64,000 bases of DNA from a virus (Duplodnaviria; Caudoviricetes). Position 1 is the first letter of the stretch, and every line of letters starts with the position of its first letter. The notes under the pieces were generated by a model. The model searched no databases and was not told the DNA's origin. It worked only from the letters and a program-made list of their open reading frames with translations. The stretch lies in the IMG/VR virus record IMGVR_UViG_3300028283_000231. The stretch is one strand, 5' to 3'. Positions 40,301 through 49,117 of the stretch are shown here, piece after piece. The translations under genes and the position numbers were made by a program.

Positions 40301-41374
40301 ATGGAATTTAAAAAGCAATTAGAATGTATGAAAAAAAGGGCGTTAATAACAGGTATAACAGGAATGGATGGTTCTCACTTATCAGAGCTTCTTTTAGAAA
40401 AAGGTTACGAAGTACACGGTATAATTAGACGTTCCAGTTCATTTAATACTGGAAGAATTGATCATATTTACCCCCAATTAAAACTTCATTACGGTGACGT
40501 TACTGATACTCTTTCAATAGAACACGTCATTCAAGACATTAAACCAGATGAATTATATAATCTGGCAGCCCAATCCCACGTAGCAGTTTCTTTTGAACTC
40601 CCTGAATATACAGGTCAAGTAGACGCATTAGGTGTACTTAGAATATTAGAAACAGTTAGACGTTACTCTCCACATACAAAGATATATCAAGCATCTACAT
40701 CAGAATTGTTTGGTAAAGTAGAAGAAGTACCACAAAAAGAAACAACACCATTCCATCCCAGATCTCCTTACGGTGTAGCTAAACTTTACGCTTACTGGAT
40801 TTGTAAAAATTACAGAGAAGCTTATAACTTATTCATCTCTAACGGTATATTATTTAATCACGAAGGCGAGCGTAGAGGTGAAACATTCGTAACAAGAAAA
40901 ATTACAAAAGGTTTGGTTGAGTGGACAAAAACAAAAACCCCTATACATTTAGGTAATTTAAATGCTAAAAGAGATTGGGGTTACGCTAAAGATTTTGTAT
41001 ATGGTATGTATCTCATGTTACAACAAGATAAACCAGATGATTTCGTTTTAGCTACAGGTGAAGCACATTCGAATAAAGAATTTATTGAAGAAGCTTGTAA
41101 ATACGTTAATATTGATATAGTATGGCGTGGAGAAGGAGTTAATGAAATTGGGGTAGATAAAAATTCTGGTGACGCTATTGTGATACAAGTTGATCCAAAA
41201 TATTTCAGACCAGCAGAAGTTGATCTTTTACTTGGTGATCCAACAAAGGCCAAGGAAGTTCTTGGTTGGGAAGCTAAAACTAAATTTAAAGATTTGGTTA
41301 AACTCATGATGGAAAGTGATTTAGATAAATATGGTGAAAAAAATCTATGGCAAAAATTTTTTAAGAAGGGATAA
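40301..41374 (+). CDS. gmd: GDP-mannose 4,6-dehydratase
   Basis: ALITGITGMDGSHL, YNLAAQSHV, YQASTSELFG, PRSPYGVAKLY, LFNHEGERRGETFVTRKIT, RPAEVDLLLGD. The start may be 40328. Confidence 0.95.
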   Translation: MEFKKQLECMKKRALITGITGMDGSHLSELLLEKGYEVHGIIRRSSSFNTGRIDHIYPQLKLHYGDVTDTLSIEHVIQDIKPDELYNLAAQSHVAVSFELPEYTGQVDALGVLRILETVRRYSPHTKIYQASTSELFGKVEEVPQKETTPFHPRSPYGVAKLYAYWICKNYREAYNLFISNGILFNHEGERRGETFVTRKITKGLVEWTKTKTPIHLGNLNAKRDWGYAKDFVYGMYLMLQQDKPDDFVLATGEAHSNKEFIEEACKYVNIDIVWRGEGVNEIGVDKNSGDAIVIQVDPKYFRPAEVDLLLGDPTKAKEVLGWEAKTKFKDLVKLMMESDLDKYGEKNLWQKFFKKG

Positions 41375-41378
41375 GTTA

Positions 41379-42242
41379 ATGAAAATACCAACCGAAAATG
41401 ATTTTTATGTTAGAATAGAAAAAGAGCCTAATAAGGTTATTATTAATTCTGTTAATTTAAATGACGCTGGTGGTAGTGAGCATTTAAATAAAATATTAAA
41501 AATAGATTTTATTTTAAATGGCAACATTTCTTATTCACTTTCATGTAATTTTTCTGATCCGAATATTAATCATTGGATAGTACCATATGGTTATTCAAAT
41601 GATAATGACGATTTAATATTAAATTTTTACGACGAATCTAGACATTTATTTGATATAAAAATTGATAAATTATATGGTAATCACATTTATAATAAAATAG
41701 ATGGTTGGTTTGATTTCCAAAGTGTTTATAAAGAAGCTGTTCAAAACGGAAAAGACGGAGATCATTTTGTTGAAATAGGTTCTTGGTTAGGGCGTTCTGG
41801 TTCTTTTATGGCGACTGAAATAAAAAATTCAGGCAAAAAAATAAAATTTGATTGTATAGACACTTGGCAAGGATCAGGTGAAGTATATCACGAAGAATAT
41901 TTGAAAGATAATAGTTTATACGATAATTTTTTAAAAAACATATCACCTTTAAAAGAGTACATAAATCCAATAGTAGAATATTCTTATATAGCTCCAAAAT
42001 ATTACGAAGATTTGTCTTTAGATTTTGTTTTTATAGACGCTGATCATAGTTACGAGATAGCTAAAAAAGATATAACAGAATGGTACCCAAAAGTAAAAAT
42101 AGGCGGAACAATCGCTGGTCACGATTATTATAATTCATGGCACGTTCAAAAAGCTGTGAATGAAATATTTGGAGAAAATATAACACAAAATAGATTATCA
42201 TGGATTCATAAAAAAGAGAGCGATCTCTTTCCACTAAATTGA
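41379..42242 (+). CDS. N-terminal beta-rich domain plus Methyltransf_24-like domain
   Basis: FVEIGSWLGRS, CIDTW.G, FVFIDADHSYE, GGTIAGHDY. The ATG at 41379 is preferred over 41331. Confidence 0.8.
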   Translation: MKIPTENDFYVRIEKEPNKVIINSVNLNDAGGSEHLNKILKIDFILNGNISYSLSCNFSDPNINHWIVPYGYSNDNDDLILNFYDESRHLFDIKIDKLYGNHIYNKIDGWFDFQSVYKEAVQNGKDGDHFVEIGSWLGRSGSFMATEIKNSGKKIKFDCIDTWQGSGEVYHEEYLKDNSLYDNFLKNISPLKEYINPIVEYSYIAPKYYEDLSLDFVFIDADHSYEIAKKDITEWYPKVKIGGTIAGHDYYNSWHVQKAVNEIFGENITQNRLSWIHKKESDLFPLN

Positions 42243-42306
42243 TAATCAGTGTATTATAAATAACAAGATTAAAAATTTATATATAGGTAAAAAATATAAT
42301 ACGAAA

Positions 42307-42738
42307 ATGAAAAAGGTTTACGAGAATTTAACGAAGGAGAATATCAACAAGAATTTGTTTGATGTTGATTTTGAATTTGATGATTTGAATAGTATTGAAA
42401 AACAATTATTAAAGGATTATATAAATAAGATAACTGATAATATGATGGAGTTTGAACTTATGTCTGTTGATAAGACTGTTCAACCACTTGATATATTGAT
42501 CAGATTGAAGAATAATAAATTGACTGGTGATGTTTTGGTTAAAATGAAAGATAAGGATGATCATATTCTTGGTGTTTTTAAATTTAAGACATTAAAAGTG
42601 ACTGAAATTAATAATTTAATTGATTTTGATTTTGGTGAAGCTGATTTTAGAGGAAGTCAGAAGACTCTGACGATAAATTTTATCTACGATGATATTCTTT
42701 ATTCTAATGACGGAAAAGAATATGAGAAACTCACATAA
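42307..42738 (+). CDS. Putative virion protein, possibly tail-tube (gp19-like) fold
   Basis: GVFKF..L.VTEI...DF......LTINFIYD resembles T4 gp19-like C-termini. TTTATATATAG lies upstream. Confidence 0.3.
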   Translation: MKKVYENLTKENINKNLFDVDFEFDDLNSIEKQLLKDYINKITDNMMEFELMSVDKTVQPLDILIRLKNNKLTGDVLVKMKDKDDHILGVFKFKTLKVTEINNLIDFDFGEADFRGSQKTLTINFIYDDILYSNDGKEYEKLT

Positions 42739-42797
42739 TTCGAATTTTTAAACTTAAAATTTATATTCACGTATAAATAAAAAAAGAATATTATTTT

Positions 42798-43325
42798 ATG
42801 CAAATACTCATTACACCCGAAGACATTATAAGACGTTGTTTATGGTTGGATTATAAAAGATTTTGTCTAAAGGAAAAAGGCGAAGAAGAATTAAGGAAAG
42901 TTATAGAAGAAAATAAACCAGTCGCTTTAAAGGAAGACGACGCCTATGTGATAGGTTTATTAAAGATTGTAGAAACTCCAAATCTAGTTCACAGACTAAA
43001 AGAGCACATGGATGAAGTATTAAAAATAAGAAGTAATATTTTCAATAATAAGTTGTTCATTATAAAATCAGTAGCTTTAAAAGAAATAGGACAATTCGTA
43101 CAAAGATTCCCAGAAGGTTTTAAAGCTCCTTTTGAATATAAAAAGGGGATAGAGGATTTGAAAGTTTTCTCTGAAAAAATATACGGTGAAGTGGATAGAT
43201 TACCAACTCAAACTTTCCAAAACGGTGATAAAACTTACACATATGTTTCATCTAATAGTGTTAAAAATATAGTGGATGAAAAAGATAAAGAGAAAGAAAA
43301 AGACAAGGTTGAAAAAATACTATAA
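42798..43325 (+). CDS. Hypothetical protein
   Basis: 175-aa ORF behind an AAACTT-N16-TATAAATA motif. Confidence 0.55.
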   Translation: MQILITPEDIIRRCLWLDYKRFCLKEKGEEELRKVIEENKPVALKEDDAYVIGLLKIVETPNLVHRLKEHMDEVLKIRSNIFNNKLFIIKSVALKEIGQFVQRFPEGFKAPFEYKKGIEDLKVFSEKIYGEVDRLPTQTFQNGDKTYTYVSSNSVKNIVDEKDKEKEKDKVEKIL

Positions 43326-43651
43326 TGGCTAGACTTTTCACATACGGTGAATTACAAAGGTCTGATGTTCAGATTAAAATTTTAGGTAAAGAGATTCCTG
43401 GAACATTTGACAGTATTAGTAATTGGATGGTACTGAACGATTTCGATAAAGGTAAATATTATTTACAATTAGCTAGTCAGCCAAGTGGAATAGTATTCGG
43501 TAAAATATTAGAATTAACAGACGAAGATATAAAAATCCTAGATAATTACGAAAAAAATTATTTCAGATACACCTTAAAAACAGATAATGACGTCACAGTC
43601 GAAACTTACGTCAAGAACAACGATAAATATAAAGATGATTACGCTTTTTAA
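43325..43651 (+). CDS. Gamma-glutamylcyclotransferase (GGCT/AIG2-like)
   Basis: LFTYGELQ, VFGKILELT..DIKILDNYE..Y. Confidence 0.75.
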   Translation: MARLFTYGELQRSDVQIKILGKEIPGTFDSISNWMVLNDFDKGKYYLQLASQPSGIVFGKILELTDEDIKILDNYEKNYFRYTLKTDNDVTVETYVKNNDKYKDDYAF

Positions 43652-44874
43652 ATAGTTCTAAATACTACAGCGTCTTTGAATTTCCAATAAACAATGATTC
43701 CTTGATCAAAAGAATATTTACCAGTCAATTCTTTTGAGTCTGATGCTCTTACTTTTGTTTTAGTTTTCAATAAATCTACATTCTCAATTTGTTCAACTGT
43801 TCTATATACTGGAAGTTCTTTGCCTATTTTATTAATAAGGAACTGATAATAAGATTCTATTATTTCTAATGTACCCAAGCTCCTCTCTAAGAAAGCTTTT
43901 TTCATTTTTGGATAATCTGGACTCTCAAGCGCCTTTTCGTATTTAGCTTTATTTGCCAATAAATCTTCGTGTGTAGATATTTTTTCCTCTAAAAGGAAAT
44001 CCTTATAAGAAAATTCTAAAAGATCCTCTTTCTTAAAAGGCACTACATTTTTTGCTATAACTACGTCTTCGTCGTCGTCCTCTTCTTCGCTAATTTCAAC
44101 TTTTGTATCACCTTCCTTTGGTCCATTTACTGGTATATTAAATCCAGCTTTCTTTTTAGCGTATTCAGATATTTTAATTTCACTAGCACTCATGTATATA
44201 CTAGTTGTAGTTCCATCCTCTTCAAGAAAATCTACCATACAACTATTATCGTTGTCCCATACATTAGTTACTTCACCAACTTTATTATAATATTCACTTG
44301 CTTGATCTACACATAAAACCTTATCACCCATGTTGAAAATAACATCAGCAGAAGGCTCGTCTGACGATGTAACAAATTCTTTTTTAACTAACATAGAATG
44401 CTTACTTTGATTTTTAGAATCATCTTCATCAAATTCAATAAGGTAAGCGTCTTTATTTACTTTCTTAACTGTTCCCTTGGCGTCTTTCCATTCAGTCTTG
44501 CCTTCTACGCCGTTCACAATGACTCTCTTACCTATACTGATATCGTCGTCTGATGTTTCAGTTTCTTTTTTAGGTTCTTTAGGTTTGAATTGATTTTCGA
44601 TATAACTTGATTGTTTTTTAGCTTCTGTTTCTACTGGTGCTGGTTCGTTTTCAAATCTTAATTCTGATTCTAATGCCATTATAGAAGCACCAGATGGAGT
44701 TTTGATACTGTACTCACCTTTGTTAGTTGAAAAAACAAATGCCACATCACATAAAGCGCCTTTATGTATATTATAATAAGATCTATTTGATAAAGGCGTG
44801 AATATAACCTTATCTCCTTTTTTAAATTTAGAGTCTTCTGTCGATTCTTTTATGTAATCAAAATATTTTAACAT
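43648..44874 (-). CDS. Putative virion internal protein with three SH3/KOW-like modules
   Basis: MLKYFDYIKES N-terminus; KFKKGDKVIF, ISIGKRVIV and FNMGDKVLC modules. Confidence 0.45.
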   Translation of the reverse strand: MLKYFDYIKESTEDSKFKKGDKVIFTPLSNRSYYNIHKGALCDVAFVFSTNKGEYSIKTPSGASIMALESELRFENEPAPVETEAKKQSSYIENQFKPKEPKKETETSDDDISIGKRVIVNGVEGKTEWKDAKGTVKKVNKDAYLIEFDEDDSKNQSKHSMLVKKEFVTSSDEPSADVIFNMGDKVLCVDQASEYYNKVGEVTNVWDNDNSCMVDFLEEDGTTTSIYMSASEIKISEYAKKKAGFNIPVNGPKEGDTKVEISEEEDDDEDVVIAKNVVPFKKEDLLEFSYKDFLLEEKISTHEDLLANKAKYEKALESPDYPKMKKAFLERSLGTLEIIESYYQFLINKIGKELPVYRTVEQIENVDLLKTKTKVRASDSKELTGKYSFDQGIIVYWKFKDAVVFRTI

Positions 44875-44876
44875 AC

Positions 44877-45764
44877 TTACAAATTTATTTTCCTTTTCAC
44901 ATTTAAAAATTTCAATATTATAGATTTTATTCCATCTATATTATATACCCAGTCCTTTTCCCACACATGTAACAATTTAATATTATTATCTTTACATCTA
45001 TTAGATTTATTATCGTGATAGTCCAGTTTTCTAAATTTTTCACTATGCCAATATGTTCCATTAAATTCAAATGCTATTTGTAATTCTGGTAAATAAATAT
45101 CTAACTCCAATGGTGGTATTATTTTTCTACTATTTAAAATTATTATACCATTATAATGTGTTTTTATAAAATCCTGCAGTTGTATTTCATATCCGCTTGT
45201 GTGATTATCAACTGGATTACAAACAGTGCACAATATAGTTTTATATTTATTTTTCCTTGTTATAAACACTTTTTTATTGATTCTATATATCGATCCACAT
45301 TTATCACACTTTAAAATATATTCATTTTTATCATAGTCAACATCAATTATATTTAGATTTGAATATTTATCGATCACGAATTTTTTAAAACTTGACCTCA
45401 AAAAACTTTCATTTCCATATCTTTCAGTATTGGTCTTTTTAATTTTTTCTTTTATTTCATCATTTTGAAAAACATTATCAAAACCATATATATGTTTTAC
45501 AGTTTTATCCATTTTGATTTTTTGACAATTCGAACAACAATAGTACCCACCGTTATTAAAACTCAATAAGTATCTTCTATATTGTAATTTTTTTTCTTTA
45601 CCGCAAATATCACATTTAACATTTATAATATGATGACTTGTTGGTAAAAGATGCTCTATCGGAACACTTATCACGTCGTGCTCTTTTACCACATAACCAA
45701 GATCTTTGTAATGTTTTATACAATAATTGTTTATATTAATATCTACGGTTTTATCTATTATCAT
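44877..45764 (-). mobile_element. Free-standing putative homing endonuclease (zinc ribbons + C-terminal DUF559/PD-(D/E)XK-like domain)
   Basis: CDICG, CCSNC, CDKCG, CTVCN; KTNTERYG repeat; ELDIYLPELQIAFEFNGTYWHS...LLHVWE. Confidence 0.7.
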
Positions 45765-47209
45765 ATATTAATTTTCCTTATTTGATTCATCATCATTACT
45801 TTTTTGTTAATCTCTTTTTCTTTTGGTTCTTGCTTTTCCTGTTGGTTCTCATTCCATATGAGATTTAGTTTCCATTTGATTCCGGTAATATCGTGTATAA
45901 TCCAATTCTTCATCAAATCCATAAACTTAAGACCGTAAAAAGTTCCTTGCTTTTCACATCTGCCTAACACGTTTGAAAGATTCCCTATTCCAGGGTGTCC
46001 TCCGCTTTTAGCTCCAGCATATTTGAAACCAAATTGTCTTGGTAAAACAAAATTCATTAAAAACCTCGTATATTTATCCAAATCATCTAACACTTCACCA
46101 CCTTTTAAAACTGGTAATTTTTCTGCTGCATCTATATTTCTGTAAGCAGCCAACTGTAAAGAAGCACCATAATCAAGAAGAATAAATTGAATATTCTTAT
46201 CGTGTTTACCAAGTGCCATTTCTATTAAAGCTCTTGCTCTCAAAGCGTTGGCCCAAGTTCCAACTGGTACATATACTAAATTCTTTATAACAACGAAACC
46301 GTCGAATTTAAATTTATTTTCTTCCATATTCCAGTAGAATGTTTCGAAATCTTCGATATTATATATTGTTGGTTTATCATATTGGCCAAGTGTTTTGCCC
46401 ATCATTTTACCTAGTCTTTCTGTTGAATCTGGCACAAATTCGGGTATTGCTTTTAATTCTTCGTCGTCTTCTAGAGGTATTCTGTTTAGTACTCTATGTC
46501 TTATATCTTCTTTATCTGCTCCTCTTTTTACTGATAGGTTATTCAAAGGATAAAGAATTTTAAATAATTTGAATATTTTATATATGGAAAGTGTGCCGTT
46601 GGCTACAACTTCTATAATAGTTCTATAATCACTTCTTTTAACTAATTGATTGAAAGCCCCAGCAAATACAAGTCTTGGGTCTTTTTCTTTCATTATATCT
46701 CTAAGATTAAAATTTAAAATCGTTTTAATATCAACGTTATATTCGTCATATTTTGCTGCGTCAATCATAGATATAACAGACAGAATGTATTTATCTGTTG
46801 GCATTCCAAGAACTCTTACTATTAAACCGTAACATGAGTCACTTTTCATTTTAATAGAAAATTCGCTTTTCTTATATAAATCGCCTTCTTCCATGTGGTG
46901 ATCTATATAGAGATCAAGGTCAGCGTTATCTTCAGCGTAATCAACACAAACATTTATATATGTTTTATCTATCGTTATATCTCTCCAGCCAGATTCGTAA
47001 TCCATTACACAATATCCGCATATAGTAAATCCTCTATTAGATAAATATTCTTTCATCGCTATCGCGCTGAATATGCCATCCATGTCATTGTGTGTGTAAA
47101 TTATAACATCCTTATCACGTTTGCCTTTCTTCTTCCAGTATCCCAAATCATTTGGAAATTTTACAGAAGCCTCTTCATTTAATATATATTCATTAAATTT
47201 TATTTTCAT
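45761..47209 (-). CDS. DHH/DHHA1-family phosphoesterase with a capsid-targeting-like N-terminus
   Basis: THNDMDGIFSA, CVDY, YIDHH, SGGHPGIG; starts MKIKFNEYILNEE. Confidence 0.65.
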   Translation of the reverse strand: MKIKFNEYILNEEASVKFPNDLGYWKKKGKRDKDVIIYTHNDMDGIFSAIAMKEYLSNRGFTICGYCVMDYESGWRDITIDKTYINVCVDYAEDNADLDLYIDHHMEEGDLYKKSEFSIKMKSDSCYGLIVRVLGMPTDKYILSVISMIDAAKYDEYNVDIKTILNFNLRDIMKEKDPRLVFAGAFNQLVKRSDYRTIIEVVANGTLSIYKIFKLFKILYPLNNLSVKRGADKEDIRHRVLNRIPLEDDEELKAIPEFVPDSTERLGKMMGKTLGQYDKPTIYNIEDFETFYWNMEENKFKFDGFVVIKNLVYVPVGTWANALRARALIEMALGKHDKNIQFILLDYGASLQLAAYRNIDAAEKLPVLKGGEVLDDLDKYTRFLMNFVLPRQFGFKYAGAKSGGHPGIGNLSNVLGRCEKQGTFYGLKFMDLMKNWIIHDITGIKWKLNLIWNENQQEKQEPKEKEINKKVMMMNQIRKINI

Positions 47210-48104
47210 TTAATATATTTTTTATTTTGTTTTCTATATTTTCTTTATGATTTATTCTCACTAATCTGATGTTATTCTCTTTACAATAGATGTTTTTTAT
47301 TTCATCATGGTTTTTGATAATTTCAAAATATTTAGTTCCTCCAAATATCTTCACTGGTCTTGAATGTTGTTTACCATCAAACTCTATGCAGATATTTTGT
47401 TCTGGTAGATAAAAATCAAATGGTAATTTTAATTTATCTTTACATTTTTCAAAAGTATATTGTGAATGGTGTCTTATATTATATTTTTCTAATAACAACT
47501 TAACTTTATTTTCTCCTTTACTTTTTTTACAAAACGGACACCCTTTTCCATCGTATATATGAGAAGATGCAGTTTGCTCAAATGGTCCGTGTTTAGGACA
47601 AATAATTTTTACTTTTTTCTGCGAATTGATGTATTCCACTAAAGAGTAGTCATACTTATTATAATGAACTTTTTGTGATTTCCCGATAAATTCTTTATCA
47701 GTCAATTTTTTTGTCATAGAACATTTCGAACATCCACATCCTTTTAAATGATTACTTGGTGATTGCTCAAATATACCATGTTCGTTACAGACAATTTTTA
47801 CTTTTCTTTTATTGTTTCTATATTCAACGAAACAATAGTCATACTTGTTACCATGTATCTTTTGTGATTTCTCAATAAAATTAATAGTATTAGACTCATT
47901 ATATTTTATTTTTTCGTCACTACATTTTTTACAAGCGTGTCCATTCAAATGATGACTGGCTCTAATTTCAAATGGTCCGTGGTTAGGACAAATAATTTTA
48001 ACATTTTTTAAAGAACCAATATACTTTACCATAGAATAATCATACCAATCTCCGTGTATTTTTTTAGATTCTATAATAAATTCATGTGTATCGCTTTTAA
48101 TCAT
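47193..48104 (-). mobile_element. Free-standing putative homing endonuclease (DUF723-like repeats + PD-(D/E)XK-like domain)
   Basis: Three FI.KS.K.H...YDY...KVKI.C..HG.FE repeats; LPFDFYLPEQNICIEFDGKQH. Confidence 0.75.
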
Positions 48105-48169
48105 TAAAAGTATTATTTTTTGTTATATATAAATTTTTTATTCTCGTTTTGTAATTTGCCTTTTTTGTA

Positions 48170-49042
48170 TCATCTTATTCTTTCTACTGGTTCTGGTTTA
48201 GAATACGTGCCCCCTTTTCTTTTAAATAATAAAAGTGTTTCAGGTACCCATTTAGTATTACCATCTTTGAATTTAATTCTATATTCTGTAACGTGCATAT
48301 ATGCTTTAAATTCTAATATTTCAACTTCTACTGCGTCAGGTATATATAAACATATATCACCATATTTAAATTTATCGTCTTTGCCTTCATTTAACAATTT
48401 ACCTTTTTTGTACCATCTTATTTTCACTGGTTTTTCTGGTTCTAAATCTTCCATGAAATAAAAATGTTTTCTAGCGTAAGAATCAACATGTCCGTTGTCC
48501 CATTTTATTGTATATGGGAGACCGTCGTATTCTTCCTCATCGTAAGGGTTATAATTTTGTATTACACCACAACCGCTATCTCCTCCTTTAAATCCATAGG
48601 CCTGATTTAGATAATCTTTTGGACAATCTTCTTTCATTTTTACTCTTTTACCAATAAACTCTTTAGATTCGTTTAATTTACCTTTTTTGTACCATCTTAC
48701 TCTTGTTGGTTTCTTATTATCATTGATATATTCATCAATAAAATCAACCCCTTCCATAAAATCGTAACTGTTATAATCATTACCTGGTCCTATTAAACCA
48801 CCTTTTCTACCGTACCCTAAAGCTCCTGGTTCGTGTAATATGAAGCAAAAATCGGGTGATTCATTTTTAAAACAATTATAATCTTTATTCAATGTCTTTA
48901 CTCTTTCTTCCCCCCACGTGAATCCCTCAAAATCCAAAAATTCGGCTATAACATTATAGTCTTCTATACTGTGAATACAAATAATTAATTTAGTTAAACC
49001 ATTTGATGATTCTTTAATATATGTCCAATAGTTTTTCAACAT
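48170..49042 (-). CDS. Putative packaged polyprotein: three modules joined by RWYKKGKL-(L)NE linkers
   Basis: MLKNYWTYIKES; RVRWYKKGKLNES; KIRWYKKGKLLNEG; ends RIR*YKKGKLQNE. Confidence 0.5.
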   Translation of the reverse strand: MLKNYWTYIKESSNGLTKLIICIHSIEDYNVIAEFLDFEGFTWGEERVKTLNKDYNCFKNESPDFCFILHEPGALGYGRKGGLIGPGNDYNSYDFMEGVDFIDEYINDNKKPTRVRWYKKGKLNESKEFIGKRVKMKEDCPKDYLNQAYGFKGGDSGCGVIQNYNPYDEEEYDGLPYTIKWDNGHVDSYARKHFYFMEDLEPEKPVKIRWYKKGKLLNEGKDDKFKYGDICLYIPDAVEVEILEFKAYMHVTEYRIKFKDGNTKWVPETLLLFKRKGGTYSKPEPVERIR

Positions 49043-49117
49043 AACGCTATATATTAAAATTTTTAAACAAAACTTTTAAGGAATAAATTCGTATAAAATA
49101 AAACATTAATTATTGAT

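Larger units (their letters stand above)
39077..49097. promoter_or_regulatory. Second putative promoter class AAACTT-N14-16-TATA(A/T)(A/T), four intergenic copies
   Basis: Minus strand 39077-39104; plus strand 39927-39954, 42750-42779, 49070-49097. Confidence 0.5.

Noticed and set aside
1-42242. Ordinary bacterial O-antigen or capsule locus
   Set aside because: No flippase, polymerase, exporter or initiating transferase is visible, and the flanks are phage-like (homing endonucleases, gp46/47-like fusion, runs of tiny ORFs). It cannot be fully excluded without the rest of the contig.
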